Shown here: positions 49,592 to 60,296 of the stretch, piece by piece
Position numbering within the stretch: position 1 is the stretch's first letter
How the letters are laid out: each line of letters starts with the position of its first letter
Assembly (NCBI GenBank): GCA_036918135.1
Contig: JBALDB010000067.1
Span: forward strand, 64,001 to 128,000
Reading direction: 5' to 3'
DNA from: Nostoc sp.
GTDB lineage: Bacteria; Cyanobacteriota; Cyanobacteriia; Cyanobacteriales; Nostocaceae
Length of the DNA: 64,000 nt
Translations under genes and position numbers: made by a program
The notes under the pieces: model-generated
The model's database searches: none
What the model was told of the DNA's origin: nothing
The model's input: only the letters and a program-made list of their open reading frames with translations

Positions 49592-52500
49592 ATGTCTGGG
49601 ATGACTCGATGCTGGCGATGTTGGTTGGTGTTAGGAAAATTGTTAGTCATGGGGGAAGCGATTATCGCTTTTTCTGAAAAATCTGCCTTAGCCCAGGAAC
49701 TCAAACTGATACCTGATAACACACTGGGTGCTGAAAGTTCTATAGTTATACCCAATGTCGATATCAATGGTATCAAAAGCGATCGCATTGATGGTGGTGC
49801 TATTCGCGGAGCTAACCTCTTTCACAGTTTTCAGGAATTTAATATTGATGAAGCACGAGGAGCTTATTTTACCAATCCTGCTGGCATTGAGAACATTTTT
49901 AGCCGAGTCACCGGAGGTAACGCTTCCAATATTTTGGGGAAGTTGGGTGTATTGGGCAATGCAAACTTGTTTTTGATTAATCCGTCGGGAATTATTTTTG
50001 GGCAAAATGGGAGTTTGGATGTTAGGGGTTCGTTTGTAGGGACGACGGCTAATGCTCTTGGCTTTGGCAATCAAGGTTTTTTCAATGTTGATAATCCGAA
50101 TACTCCTCCATTATTAACGGTTAATCCTTCGGCTTTTTTATTCAATCAAATCCCTCCTGCACCCATTCAAAACAACTCAATAGCACCAGCAGGAGTAGGC
50201 CCGTCGGGCGATGAATCCTTTGGTTTACGTGTTGGAGATGGTCGGAGTTTGCTGTTAGTCGGTGGTGATATCAATATCAATAGAGGGGAATTGAATGCCT
50301 TTGGTGGGCGAGTGGAGTTGGGAGGACTAGCAAGACAGGGAACGGTAGGGCTGAATTTCACTGACAACAACTTGAGTTTGAGTTTTCCCAACAATGTAGA
50401 GCAAGCAGATGTATCACTCACCGATTCTGCTGATGCCAATGTTCGCGCTAGTAACGGTGGCAGTATTACTATCACGGCTCGGAACATAAATATTACGGAT
50501 TTTGGCAGTCTTAATGGTGGTTTGGAGACAAATTTAGGATTTCCAGGCGCTCAAGCAGGAGACATCGAACTTCATGCTCAAGGAGTAATTACACTTGTAA
50601 ATGGGTTTATCAACAATACATTAGAGCGTGGAGCTGTGGGCAATGGTGGTGACATCAATATCACAGCTAACTCACTCTTTTTAACTGATGGCGCTCAACT
50701 AAATACTAGTATTTTGACCCAATATTTACTATCAGACCCTTTGACACAGGGTAATGCCGGAAGTGTGAATATATCTGCTCGTGATACAGTGACTTTTGAT
50801 GGAGAAATTAGCGGATTGAGATCCACCACTGGAGCATTCAGCAGTGTAGAAGATAGAGCCATAGGTAATGCTGGCGAAATTAATATCAAAACTGGATCGC
50901 TGTTAGTAAACAATGGAGCTGTGGTGGATGCCAGTAACTTTGGAAATGGGGGTACTGGGACTATAAATATAAATGCCCGCGATACCGTTTCCTTAGATGG
51001 AGAAAACAGCAGCGTGAAACTAGAAACTGATGATGGGAACAACAGCAATCTAGAACTGGCAACTGTAGGTAACAAAGGTGAGATTAACATTACAACTAGG
51101 TCACTCTCATTAACTAATGGCGCTCAAGTAGTTGCTAACACTTCTGGAAAAGGGGATACTGCCAACGTCACAGTTGTTGCCTCTGATTCAGTAGATGTAA
51201 TTGGGTTTCTTAGCAGTTTAGATACTCAAGTATTTCCAACAGCAGCGGGTAATGGAGGAAACATAAGTATTACCACTGGGCGTTTAACTGTTCGCAATGG
51301 AGCTTCTGTAAGTTCTAGTACTTTTGGTAAGGGGAATGCTGGAAATTTGGCGGTAACTGCTTCAGACTTGGTAGAGGTAAGCAAAAGAGCGCCTGTGAGT
51401 GATTCCACTGGTTCGTTTTATCCTGGCGGCTTATTTACTCAGGTTAACTCTGAAGGTGGGGGAAATGGGGGCAACTTAAGTATTAAAACCGCACGTTTGA
51501 TTATCAGCGATGGAGCAGTGGTTTCCGCTAGAAGCTTTGGTACTGCTGGTAAAGCGAATGCGGGGAATATTAAAGTGACTGCTTCTGATTTTGTGGAGAT
51601 AGTTGGTATTAATCGGCGCGACCCTAGTGCTTTAGCTGCTTCAGTTGGCCCAGTGTTGACGACAGACAAAGTAACAGGAGATGCAGGAGATATCAGCGTT
51701 GAAACCCCCCGCTTGATTATTCGTGATGGAGGAGTTCTATCTAGCCGAAATGTGGGAGAAGGCAGGGCAGGCAACTTGGAAGTTATGGCTGGCTCTATCC
51801 TGCTTGACAAGGGAGAAATTAGAACTGAAACTGCTTTAGGCAATGGCGGCAATATCACACTGTCCGATGTCGATTTGTTGCAGATGCGCCGTAATAGTAA
51901 AATCACTGCCAGTGCCGGAGGCAATGCACAAGCTGGTGGCAATGGTGGCAATATTACAATCAATGCCTTTGATGGCTTCGTTGTTGCCGTCCCTGATGAA
52001 AATAGCGACATCACCGCTAATGCTTACACAGGCTCTGGTGGCCAAGTCCAAATCAAGGCTACTAGTATTTTTGGCTTCACACCGCGTAGTCGAGAAGACC
52101 TAGTGAGACTTCTAGGAACCAACGATCCAGCCGAACTAAACCCTCAAAAACTTCTCACAAGTGACATCACAGCAATTTCGCAAATAAGTCCTAATTTAAG
52201 CGGTACTATAACTCTTAATACACCAGATGTAGACCCTAATCGGGGATTAGTTAATTTACCAGCCGTACCACTTGATACCCAAGTATCTCAAGTTTGTCAA
52301 CCCCGTACAGCACAAAATCAAAGCAGTTTCATCATCACCGGAAGCGGTGGTTTACCGCTCAACCCTAGAACTGAACCCCTCAGTAGTGACGCTGTTCAAG
52401 TAGATTGGGTAAGTCTCAAACCAATGGCTGAAAACCACGTTAATACAAATTCGACTCAGATAACTAGCCCAATACCAGCGCCGATTGTGGAAGCGCAAGG

Positions 52501-52606
52501 GTGGATGAGAAATGTTAACGGTGAGATGGTACTTACAGCTTATGTGCCTACAGCCACGCCTCAGAGTTTTTGGCACAAACCAGCTGATTGCCGTGCTGAT
52601 TTTTAG
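49592..52606 (+). CDS. Filamentous haemagglutinin N-terminal domain (TpsA-like) exoprotein 1
   Basis: Signal peptide; NLFHSFQEFN, IFSRVTG and LFLINPSGIIFG TPS domain; G(N/D)(A/G)GxIxI beta-helix repeats; C-terminal SSFIITGSGGLP...IVEAQGW. Confidence 0.92.
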   Translation: MSGMTRCWRCWLVLGKLLVMGEAIIAFSEKSALAQELKLIPDNTLGAESSIVIPNVDINGIKSDRIDGGAIRGANLFHSFQEFNIDEARGAYFTNPAGIENIFSRVTGGNASNILGKLGVLGNANLFLINPSGIIFGQNGSLDVRGSFVGTTANALGFGNQGFFNVDNPNTPPLLTVNPSAFLFNQIPPAPIQNNSIAPAGVGPSGDESFGLRVGDGRSLLLVGGDININRGELNAFGGRVELGGLARQGTVGLNFTDNNLSLSFPNNVEQADVSLTDSADANVRASNGGSITITARNINITDFGSLNGGLETNLGFPGAQAGDIELHAQGVITLVNGFINNTLERGAVGNGGDINITANSLFLTDGAQLNTSILTQYLLSDPLTQGNAGSVNISARDTVTFDGEISGLRSTTGAFSSVEDRAIGNAGEINIKTGSLLVNNGAVVDASNFGNGGTGTININARDTVSLDGENSSVKLETDDGNNSNLELATVGNKGEINITTRSLSLTNGAQVVANTSGKGDTANVTVVASDSVDVIGFLSSLDTQVFPTAAGNGGNISITTGRLTVRNGASVSSSTFGKGNAGNLAVTASDLVEVSKRAPVSDSTGSFYPGGLFTQVNSEGGGNGGNLSIKTARLIISDGAVVSARSFGTAGKANAGNIKVTASDFVEIVGINRRDPSALAASVGPVLTTDKVTGDAGDISVETPRLIIRDGGVLSSRNVGEGRAGNLEVMAGSILLDKGEIRTETALGNGGNITLSDVDLLQMRRNSKITASAGGNAQAGGNGGNITINAFDGFVVAVPDENSDITANAYTGSGGQVQIKATSIFGFTPRSREDLVRLLGTNDPAELNPQKLLTSDITAISQISPNLSGTITLNTPDVDPNRGLVNLPAVPLDTQVSQVCQPRTAQNQSSFIITGSGGLPLNPRTEPLSSDAVQVDWVSLKPMAENHVNTNSTQITSPIPAPIVEAQGWMRNVNGEMVLTAYVPTATPQSFWHKPADCRADF

Positions 52607-52618
52607 ATTTTAGATTCG

Positions 52619-52842
52619 CTAACAAATGAGCTTGAAAGTCAGTTAAAGACGACAAAACTAGGGGAATTTATTGCTTATGCTGTTAATTATATTTGGCAGA
52701 ATACCGTAACTAATTTAGTTGATATGCGCCGCAATAATCCAGGCGATCGCGTATTAATTAATAATTGGACTAATTAGTTAACAGCTATTAGTTTGTCAGA
52801 ATTTACCTCTACGCCTGTGGACGTTATGACTGGGAAAAATAA
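52619..52842 (+). pseudogene. Degenerate duplicate of the DUF928 gene 3' end
   Basis: CAGTTAAAGACGACAAAAC...AATTATATTTGGCAG...CGCAATAATCCAGGCGATCGC matches 49300-49528; contains an internal stop. Confidence 0.85.
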
Positions 52843-52911
52843 TCGCTTTGGCTGTTGTTAGACAATACATAAATAGAGGCTGAAAATTACTACTTTTTTG
52901 AGGAGTATGCT

Positions 52912-55900
52912 ATGTCTGCGAGCGTTCAATATTGGTGGAGATTAGCGTTAGGAAGTAGTTTAATAGTAGGAGGAGCGATTATTGCTTCCTCTGGAAATTG
53001 CGCCAAAGCTCAGAGTATTACTTTGGATGGTACGCTTGGGCCTGCACAAACATTGACTGGGCCTGATTACGTTATCCCACAAGCAGTTGGTCAAACCGTT
53101 AGTAATAATCTCTTTCATAGCTTTGGGCAGTTCAATCTCAACACGAACGAGTCTGTAACTTTTGAGAATGCTGCCAATATCCGAAATATTCTATCTCGCG
53201 TCACGGGTGGTACGCCTTCTGCGATCGACGGGCTAATTCGCACCTCCAATAATGGTGTGAATCTTTTTTTAATTAATCCTCAAGGCATCATTTTTGGCCC
53301 TAATGCCCAACTAAATATTGGTAATGCAACTAGAGGTTCCTTTATCGCCACTACTGTTGATGGAATAGTGTTTCCTAATGGTGAAAAATTTAGTGCCATA
53401 AATCCAGAGGGTGAGTCTAGTTTACTAAGAATTGTTGGCGATCCTAGTGGCTTTCTAGCTTCACAGCGCTTACCAGCACAAATTAATAGTATTGGTAACA
53501 TTTTGCAAGTCAACGAAGGTCAAACTTTAACTTTGCTAGGTGGAAAGGTAAACGTAGATAGCAGTCAACTATTCGCTCCGGGTGGTCGAGTAGAGTTAGG
53601 AGGAGTAGCAGGGGGAAACGTAGGGCTTGTAGCAAGTGGTAATGAATTACGTTTAGAGTTTCCTGATGGTTTAGCTCGAAATGATGTATCAGTTGCCAAC
53701 TCCTTGGTTTCAGTTGAAGCGCAAGATAAGGGTAGTATCGCCATTAATGCCCAGAACTTGGATATTTCCGAAGGAAGTCTCCTAGTTGCTGGGATTGGCA
53801 AAGGTTTAGGTACAGTTAGCTCTCAGGCGGGAGATATCACGCTGAATGCTACACAGACAGTTAAAGTCAGGCAGGCTAGTAATATTGCAAACTATGTATT
53901 CTCTAATGCAACTGGTAATAGTGGAAACCTGATCGTTACAACTGGATCGTTGTTTATCGCAGATGGTAGCCAATTAGGTGCAATTACCTTTGGACAAGGT
54001 AATGCTGGCAGTGTCAATATTACAACTGGGTCATTGTTTGTTACAGATGGCAGCCAATTGGGTGCGATTACCTTTGGTGAAGGCAATGCTGGCAGCGTGA
54101 TTATCAATGCCCGCGATCGCGTTTCCTTTGATGGCGGGACTAACAATGGTTTTTCTAGTGCTGCTATTAGCAGTGTAGAGGAAACAGCTAAGGGAAGAGG
54201 TGGAGACATCCGCATCACCACTGGAGAACTTGCACTTACCAATGGCGCGCAATTGGTTGCTAATACTTTGGGACAGGGAGATGCTGGCAGCGTGATTATC
54301 AATGCCCGCGATCGCGTCTTTTTAGCCGGCAATATCGGCAGCAATGTAGAGAAGACAGGTAAGGGAAAAGGCGGAGACATCCGCATCACCACCAACTCGC
54401 TCTCAGTTACCAATGGCGCACAATTGGTTGCTGATACTAGCGGACTAGGCGATGCTGGTAGTGTGATCGTTAATGCCAACGATCGCGTTTCCTTTGACGG
54501 CAGAAATAGCGATAATAATATATCCAGCGCTGCATTCACCAGTGTGGCAGAAACCGGTATAGGAAAGGGTGGAGATATCCGTATCACTACCAAAGAACTC
54601 TCACTTACAAATGGCGCACAATTAGTAGCCAGCACTTTGGGAAATGGAAATGCTGGTAGTATCTCGATCGATGCCCGCGATCGCATCTTCATTGATGGTA
54701 CGAGTAAAGGTGCCCTAGTTCCTACTGCTGTCGGTAGCAGTGTAGAGAAGACAGGTAAGGGAAAGGGTGGAGACATCGGTATTACCACCAACTCGCTCTC
54801 ACTTACCAATGGCGCACTACTAATTGCCTCTACCTCTGGGCAGGGAGATGCTGGTAATATCACCATTGATGCCCGCGATCGCGTTGCCTTAGATGGTACA
54901 AGTAGCAAGGGTCAATTTGGCAGTGATGTTGTTACCAGCGTGGAAAATGGCAGAGGAAATGGCGGGAACATTAGTATCACCACTGACTTGCTTTCAGTTA
55001 CCAATGGCGCACAATTAGTTGCCTCTACCTCTGGCCAAGGCGATGCTGGTAATATCATCATTAATGCCCGCGATCGTGCCTGGTTTGATGGAACAGGTAG
55101 CAATAATATCTTCGTCAGTGCAGCTTTTAGTAGCGTACTAGATAATGCTAGAGGAAATGGTGGAGGCATCGACATTACCACAGGTTCACTTTTAGTTACT
55201 AATGGCGCTCAACTAATCGCTAATACCCGTGGTCAGGGGAATGCTGGTGAAATCATCATCAATGCCCGCGATCGCGTTTCCTTCGATGGCGAAAGCCGTG
55301 ACGGTATACTTACCAGTGCCGCTTTTAGTAACGTGCTAGAGAACGCTAAAGGAAAGGGTGGCAACATCAGCATCACTACAGGAGAACTCTCAGTTAACAA
55401 TGGCGCTCAACTAATCGCTAGCACTCGCGGACAAGGGGATGCTGGTAATATCATCATTGATGCCCGCGATCGTGTTGTTTTTAACGGCAGAAGTAGCGAT
55501 GGCGAGTTTGGCAGTAATGCCTTCAGCCGTGTGGAAGAAACTGGCATAGGAAAGGGTGGAGACATCCGTATTACCACAGGGGAATTCTCAGTTAGCAACG
55601 GCGCTCAATTAATTGCCTCTACCTATGGTCAAGGGGATGCTGGCAATATTTATATTGATGCCCCAAATACTGCTTTTTTGCAAGGGACAGGAAATGGATT
55701 TTCTAGTTCGATTAGTACCAACACTTGGAGCGAACAAGGAGAAGGAGGCAATATTACAATTGATACAAATGACTTTCGCATAGCTGATGGAGCGCTTCTA
55801 GATGCTCGTACCAGAAGTTCTAGACGAGCGGGTAGCATAACCATTAATACCAATGCGTTTGAAGCAACTAATGGCGGACAATTAATCACCTCCACCGAAA

Positions 55901-56988
55901 GCAGTGGACAAGCAGGCGATATTACTCTCAATGTAACTGGTAACACTAATATTTTTGGCAGTGACCCTACTTATACTAATAGACTTGCTCAATTTAGCGA
56001 TCGCGTTGAGAATGTAAGTGCTGTCAGTGGAGTATTTGCTAACACCAATTCACAAACAGAAGGCAAGGGCGGTGATATATCTATCAACGCCAGAACATTG
56101 AATATTCAAGACAGTGGAAGAATCGCCGTCAATAGCCAGGGAACTGGAGAGGGAGGCAATATTGATATTAAGGCAAACAATCTAACCCTTAAGAATCAGG
56201 CGATAATTTCGGCAGAAACTCTTAGTAGTCAGGGCGGTAATATTGACATCGGCTTAAAAGATACCCTACTACTGCGTCAAGGTAGTCAAATTTCTACCAA
56301 TGCAGGCATAGCACAGCAAGGTGGAGACGGTGGTAACATTACTATCAATGTCCCTGATGGCTTTATTGTTGCCGTCCCAAGGGAAAATAGCGACATCACC
56401 GCTAATGCCTTTAGTGGTAGTGGTGGGAGAGTCACAATTAACGCTACTGGTATTTTTGGAATCGCGCCACTCAGTCGGCAAGAACTTGAAAGATTGCGTC
56501 CAAATGATTTAGATCCACATCAATTAATAACGAACGATATTACGGCAATTTCTCAGACAAGTCCTAATTTAAGCGGTACTGTAACTCTCAATACCCCCGA
56601 TATCAACCTTAATCGCGGCTTAGTCAACTTACCATCTGTACCACTAAACACCGAAGTATCTCAAGTTTGTCAAGTGCGTTCGGCAAAAAATCAAAGCAGT
56701 TTTATCATCACCGGAAGCGGTGGCTTACCTCCTAACCCTAGAACCGAACCCTTGAGCAGTGACGCTGTTCAAGTAGATTGGGTAAGTCTCAAACCAATGG
56801 ATGAAAAACTCGTTAATACTTCGACTCAGATAACTAGCCCGATACCAGCACCGATTGTGGAAGCGCAAGGGTGGGTAAGAAATGTTAAAGGTGAGGTGGT
56901 ACTCACAGCTTATGCACCCACCGCTACACCTCGTAATTCTTGGCAGATTCCAACCCAGTGCAGTACAGCTCAATCGATAATTAAATAA
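52912..56988 (+). CDS. Filamentous haemagglutinin N-terminal domain (TpsA-like) exoprotein 2
   Basis: NLFHSFGQFN, ILSRVTG and LINPQGIIFG motifs; many repeats of GDIRITT..LS.TNGAQL.AST.GQGDAG.I.I.ARDR; same C-terminal domain as exoprotein 1. Confidence 0.92.
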   Translation: MSASVQYWWRLALGSSLIVGGAIIASSGNCAKAQSITLDGTLGPAQTLTGPDYVIPQAVGQTVSNNLFHSFGQFNLNTNESVTFENAANIRNILSRVTGGTPSAIDGLIRTSNNGVNLFLINPQGIIFGPNAQLNIGNATRGSFIATTVDGIVFPNGEKFSAINPEGESSLLRIVGDPSGFLASQRLPAQINSIGNILQVNEGQTLTLLGGKVNVDSSQLFAPGGRVELGGVAGGNVGLVASGNELRLEFPDGLARNDVSVANSLVSVEAQDKGSIAINAQNLDISEGSLLVAGIGKGLGTVSSQAGDITLNATQTVKVRQASNIANYVFSNATGNSGNLIVTTGSLFIADGSQLGAITFGQGNAGSVNITTGSLFVTDGSQLGAITFGEGNAGSVIINARDRVSFDGGTNNGFSSAAISSVEETAKGRGGDIRITTGELALTNGAQLVANTLGQGDAGSVIINARDRVFLAGNIGSNVEKTGKGKGGDIRITTNSLSVTNGAQLVADTSGLGDAGSVIVNANDRVSFDGRNSDNNISSAAFTSVAETGIGKGGDIRITTKELSLTNGAQLVASTLGNGNAGSISIDARDRIFIDGTSKGALVPTAVGSSVEKTGKGKGGDIGITTNSLSLTNGALLIASTSGQGDAGNITIDARDRVALDGTSSKGQFGSDVVTSVENGRGNGGNISITTDLLSVTNGAQLVASTSGQGDAGNIIINARDRAWFDGTGSNNIFVSAAFSSVLDNARGNGGGIDITTGSLLVTNGAQLIANTRGQGNAGEIIINARDRVSFDGESRDGILTSAAFSNVLENAKGKGGNISITTGELSVNNGAQLIASTRGQGDAGNIIIDARDRVVFNGRSSDGEFGSNAFSRVEETGIGKGGDIRITTGEFSVSNGAQLIASTYGQGDAGNIYIDAPNTAFLQGTGNGFSSSISTNTWSEQGEGGNITIDTNDFRIADGALLDARTRSSRRAGSITINTNAFEATNGGQLITSTESSGQAGDITLNVTGNTNIFGSDPTYTNRLAQFSDRVENVSAVSGVFANTNSQTEGKGGDISINARTLNIQDSGRIAVNSQGTGEGGNIDIKANNLTLKNQAIISAETLSSQGGNIDIGLKDTLLLRQGSQISTNAGIAQQGGDGGNITINVPDGFIVAVPRENSDITANAFSGSGGRVTINATGIFGIAPLSRQELERLRPNDLDPHQLITNDITAISQTSPNLSGTVTLNTPDINLNRGLVNLPSVPLNTEVSQVCQVRSAKNQSSFIITGSGGLPPNPRTEPLSSDAVQVDWVSLKPMDEKLVNTSTQITSPIPAPIVEAQGWVRNVKGEVVLTAYAPTATPRNSWQIPTQCSTAQSIIK

Positions 56989-56991
56989 CTG

Positions 56992-59709
56992 TCATAGCCA
57001 GTTCCCTAGTAAAACATAAGGTGCCCATGAATACGGACTGTTGTCTTTAGTAAAAACAGCTAATTGGGCGCGCTGGAGGGCTTCGGCTTTATTCACTCCC
57101 ATCTTTAACTGTCGGTAGAACTCACTCATCACATCGGCAGTAGAGCGATCGTCTATTGACCACAATGTTGCTAATGTACTACGCGCTCCTGCCCGCACAG
57201 CTATGCCAGCCAGTCCTAAAGCTGCTCGTTTGTCTCCTTCAGCAGTTTTACAGGCACTAAGTACGAGTAATTCAATGCTGCTAGACCTATTTTTGTTATT
57301 AACTCGCAATAAATTATCAAATTCTTTGACTTTAACTAGTCGATCCCAGGTGAGAATAAAAGTTTTTTCCGGATCGGAACTAAATTCACCGTGAGTTGCT
57401 AGATGAACCACGGTAAAGGGAGTTGTTTGTAACTCATTTTGTAGATTCGGTTCGGTAAATTTTTGATTTAACAGTTCTTCACTTTTGGATATCTCAGACT
57501 GAATTTCTTTTAATTCGCGCGGTACGTTTTTGAGTGCGGGAAATTCTCTACCTTCGACTGGGCGTTTTTCGCTGACTCCAGCAGTTAGAGCTTTTAACTG
57601 TACTTTTTGTAAAGGTTTAGGATCGAGGAGTTGCAAACCAGGAGTTAAGGCGATCGCATATTTTTCTAATAGATATTTCTGCTGCTGTTTGTCGTAGAGA
57701 ACCGCCATCGGGATATTCCGTAAATCTCCATCTAAAACAAACACTAAGGTTTTGATTCTACTTTTGACTAACTCTGTTTGTACAGGTCGAATTAACCAGT
57801 CATATATCTGTTGCGACTGCTGCTGAACTTGATAAGTTCCACTGACATCTAGTAAGTTTTTCCTCAGTTCCGCTATTATGTTTTCCACATCATTTTGAGC
57901 TATTACAGTCTTGTAATGGCGCAAGTCTTGATTAGGCAACTTGAGGATCGCATCTATGCGGTCTGGCAAAATAATTGGATATATAACTGCTGCTTGTTGG
58001 TCTTTTTTGTCAACTATTGGATCGAGTTCCTGCGTAAGATTTAAGCAGGCTGACCGAAAGAAGTTGTCCAGTTCTGCTAATCGCAGAGATTCAATTACAT
58101 TACGAGCTTGTTTTAGGTTGTCTTGATTGATACTCTTGCTGCCTTTATCAGGACGCAACAGCAATTCAACTAACTCTCGATACACTGGTTCAACATTTTC
58201 CCGGAAGGAAAACTGAACGTCTAGATTAATGGCTACTAAATCGCCACGCAGAGATTGAAGGGTATTGTAAGCGACATTATAGGATGCGATCGCCCCTTGA
58301 ATATCTCCCTTTTTTTTGAGTATGCGTCCTAGTTGCCATTGCCACTGATAAGCAATGTCTAAGGCATTTACATTTTGGGCAATAAATAAAGCTTTCTCAG
58401 TTAAGCCCTGAGCATCAGAGAGCTGCCCAGTTTTTTCATACAACTCGCCAAGACTACCTTGAGCATAAGATTCTGCTCGCTGGTCTTGTAAGCTTTGTGC
58501 CTGCTCGATGGCGGTGGACAATTGCTCGGCAATGTTTAGCCATGAGGGGGAATCTATACTAGTTTTTTCTTTTAACTGTGTAAGACTTTTGGCAAACTTA
58601 ATCCGAATATATACTGAAGTTCGGCTGGCCGATAAGTTGCTAATTTCCGGCTGGATTTGGGACGACAATGCCAATGCATCTTTATCTTCGTTTTTTTCCA
58701 GAAGTAGACTAAGTAAATTGAGTTGAGCGAGTATGCGTGTGATGGGAGAAACAGATACAGCAGCCTGCTGGTAATATTGTAAAGCCGCTTCAGTGTCTTG
58801 CTGGGCGCGAGCTGTGTTGCCTAAACTAAGTTGAGCTTCAGCGATGGCTTTTGGAGATTGCACTCGCTTTGCCACTGCTAAACTTTTCCCCAACACCAAC
58901 CGTGATACGTTTAAATCACCGACTACTCGGCGGACGTTACCAAGACTACGCAACCCTGTGGCTACGATAAGTGAGTCTGGAAGGCTTGCAAGGGTTTGCT
59001 GTACCTCGTTTAAAATTTTATTAGCTTGAAGGTAAAGCCCTAAAGCTTGCAAAGCTTGTGCAGAGTTAATCCGGTTACGAGTTAATGTAGTCTTGTCGCC
59101 TATTTGCTGATAAATATTAGCGGCTTTTTGCCAGGTAGTTAAAGCTGTTTGTGCTTGTCCTTGTGATAGTTGTAACTGTCCTTGCACATCTAGGGCTTGT
59201 GCGATAATTTGCAAACACTGGCTGGAAGTACCTGTATTTTCTGACTGTAATAATTTTAAACTTTGGGCGATCGCCTCCTCAGCTTCAGCCCACAAGCCAA
59301 GTTGCTGATAAGCTAAACAAAGATTACTCAGGGTCATTGCTTCGTTTAATTCATCCCTAGAGGCTCTAAACGCAGCAGCAGCCTGTTGTAGAACTTTGGC
59401 AGCTTCAGCAAACTCTCCCGTGTCGTAGAATATTTTTCCCTGTTCCACCAAGCTTGTTGTCTGAGATGCTTGGCTTTCAAGGGACAATAGCGAGTATTGA
59501 GTAGGGAAGCTCACACCGTACGAGGATAGATTAGCATTCACTAGTTCTTTGTTTTCTCTATTTCCTTGTTTTTCCCACTTTCCTGCCTCCGTCGAATTTT
59601 GCATAGCAGAATAGACAACAGGAGGTTTTGCCATAACAGGAAATAAGGCTATGCATAGAAAGGCAGTCAAAAGCGTTAGCAGAAAATAATTTAGCCATTT
59701 CATACACAA
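56992..59709 (-). CDS. Exported TPR + CHAT (caspase-like) domain protein
   Basis: N-terminal signal peptide, TPR repeats (LSLGN, YQWQWQLGR), LRNIPMAVL, VHLATHG (His), LVLSAC (Cys), LATLWSIDD, WAPYVLLGNWL. Confidence 0.92.
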   Translation of the reverse strand: MCMKWLNYFLLTLLTAFLCIALFPVMAKPPVVYSAMQNSTEAGKWEKQGNRENKELVNANLSSYGVSFPTQYSLLSLESQASQTTSLVEQGKIFYDTGEFAEAAKVLQQAAAAFRASRDELNEAMTLSNLCLAYQQLGLWAEAEEAIAQSLKLLQSENTGTSSQCLQIIAQALDVQGQLQLSQGQAQTALTTWQKAANIYQQIGDKTTLTRNRINSAQALQALGLYLQANKILNEVQQTLASLPDSLIVATGLRSLGNVRRVVGDLNVSRLVLGKSLAVAKRVQSPKAIAEAQLSLGNTARAQQDTEAALQYYQQAAVSVSPITRILAQLNLLSLLLEKNEDKDALALSSQIQPEISNLSASRTSVYIRIKFAKSLTQLKEKTSIDSPSWLNIAEQLSTAIEQAQSLQDQRAESYAQGSLGELYEKTGQLSDAQGLTEKALFIAQNVNALDIAYQWQWQLGRILKKKGDIQGAIASYNVAYNTLQSLRGDLVAINLDVQFSFRENVEPVYRELVELLLRPDKGSKSINQDNLKQARNVIESLRLAELDNFFRSACLNLTQELDPIVDKKDQQAAVIYPIILPDRIDAILKLPNQDLRHYKTVIAQNDVENIIAELRKNLLDVSGTYQVQQQSQQIYDWLIRPVQTELVKSRIKTLVFVLDGDLRNIPMAVLYDKQQQKYLLEKYAIALTPGLQLLDPKPLQKVQLKALTAGVSEKRPVEGREFPALKNVPRELKEIQSEISKSEELLNQKFTEPNLQNELQTTPFTVVHLATHGEFSSDPEKTFILTWDRLVKVKEFDNLLRVNNKNRSSSIELLVLSACKTAEGDKRAALGLAGIAVRAGARSTLATLWSIDDRSTADVMSEFYRQLKMGVNKAEALQRAQLAVFTKDNSPYSWAPYVLLGNWL

Positions 59710-60296
59710 TTGTTACATCTGTATTTATTTATTTGAATAATTTTTATTGGCGTTGTTGCACGAATGATACTTTCAGGGAAAAAGTTGGGAAACCGTAAAG
59801 GCGTAGTGGCTCTCCAACATACATTTATCAAGTTGAGTTGAAAAATTATACCTAGAAAATTATCTGAATTGTCGTCTTCGTCAGAGTTGCCCTTTTTTGA
59901 TTGTCTATTGCTTTTCAAGCTGATTTGTTCAGACATGAAAAACTGGGTTAGAAGATGTCTGAAAAGTTTTTAATAGGTTATTAAAATCACGTCAGTTGTT
60001 TGAGCATTCATTTAGTACCATCCTTGTTTTGAGCAATCAACTTAGATTTTGCATTAACTTGGATGACTAGATTTTTATAAATTCAATATTTTTTATTAGT
60101 AAATTAATTTTATGGATAGAGAAGATTAATGACGGATTTTAACTAAAAATACTATATCTCTTGATAATTAGCTTCTAGCAAAAGAAGTTTTGAAAATGAA
60201 ACAAAATCTATCTAGAGATAAATTCCTAAAATTTACAAACTAGCTTAGGGTGTGTAAAGCCTGTGCAATAAGTATTGGTTAGTTCTAAAGATTTTG

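Noticed and set aside
53892..54908. 338-aa minus-strand ORF and many similar antisense ORFs across 49.6-57 kb
   Set aside because: Shadow frames of the Gly/Asn/Thr-rich FHA repeats, fully overlapping well-supported genes.
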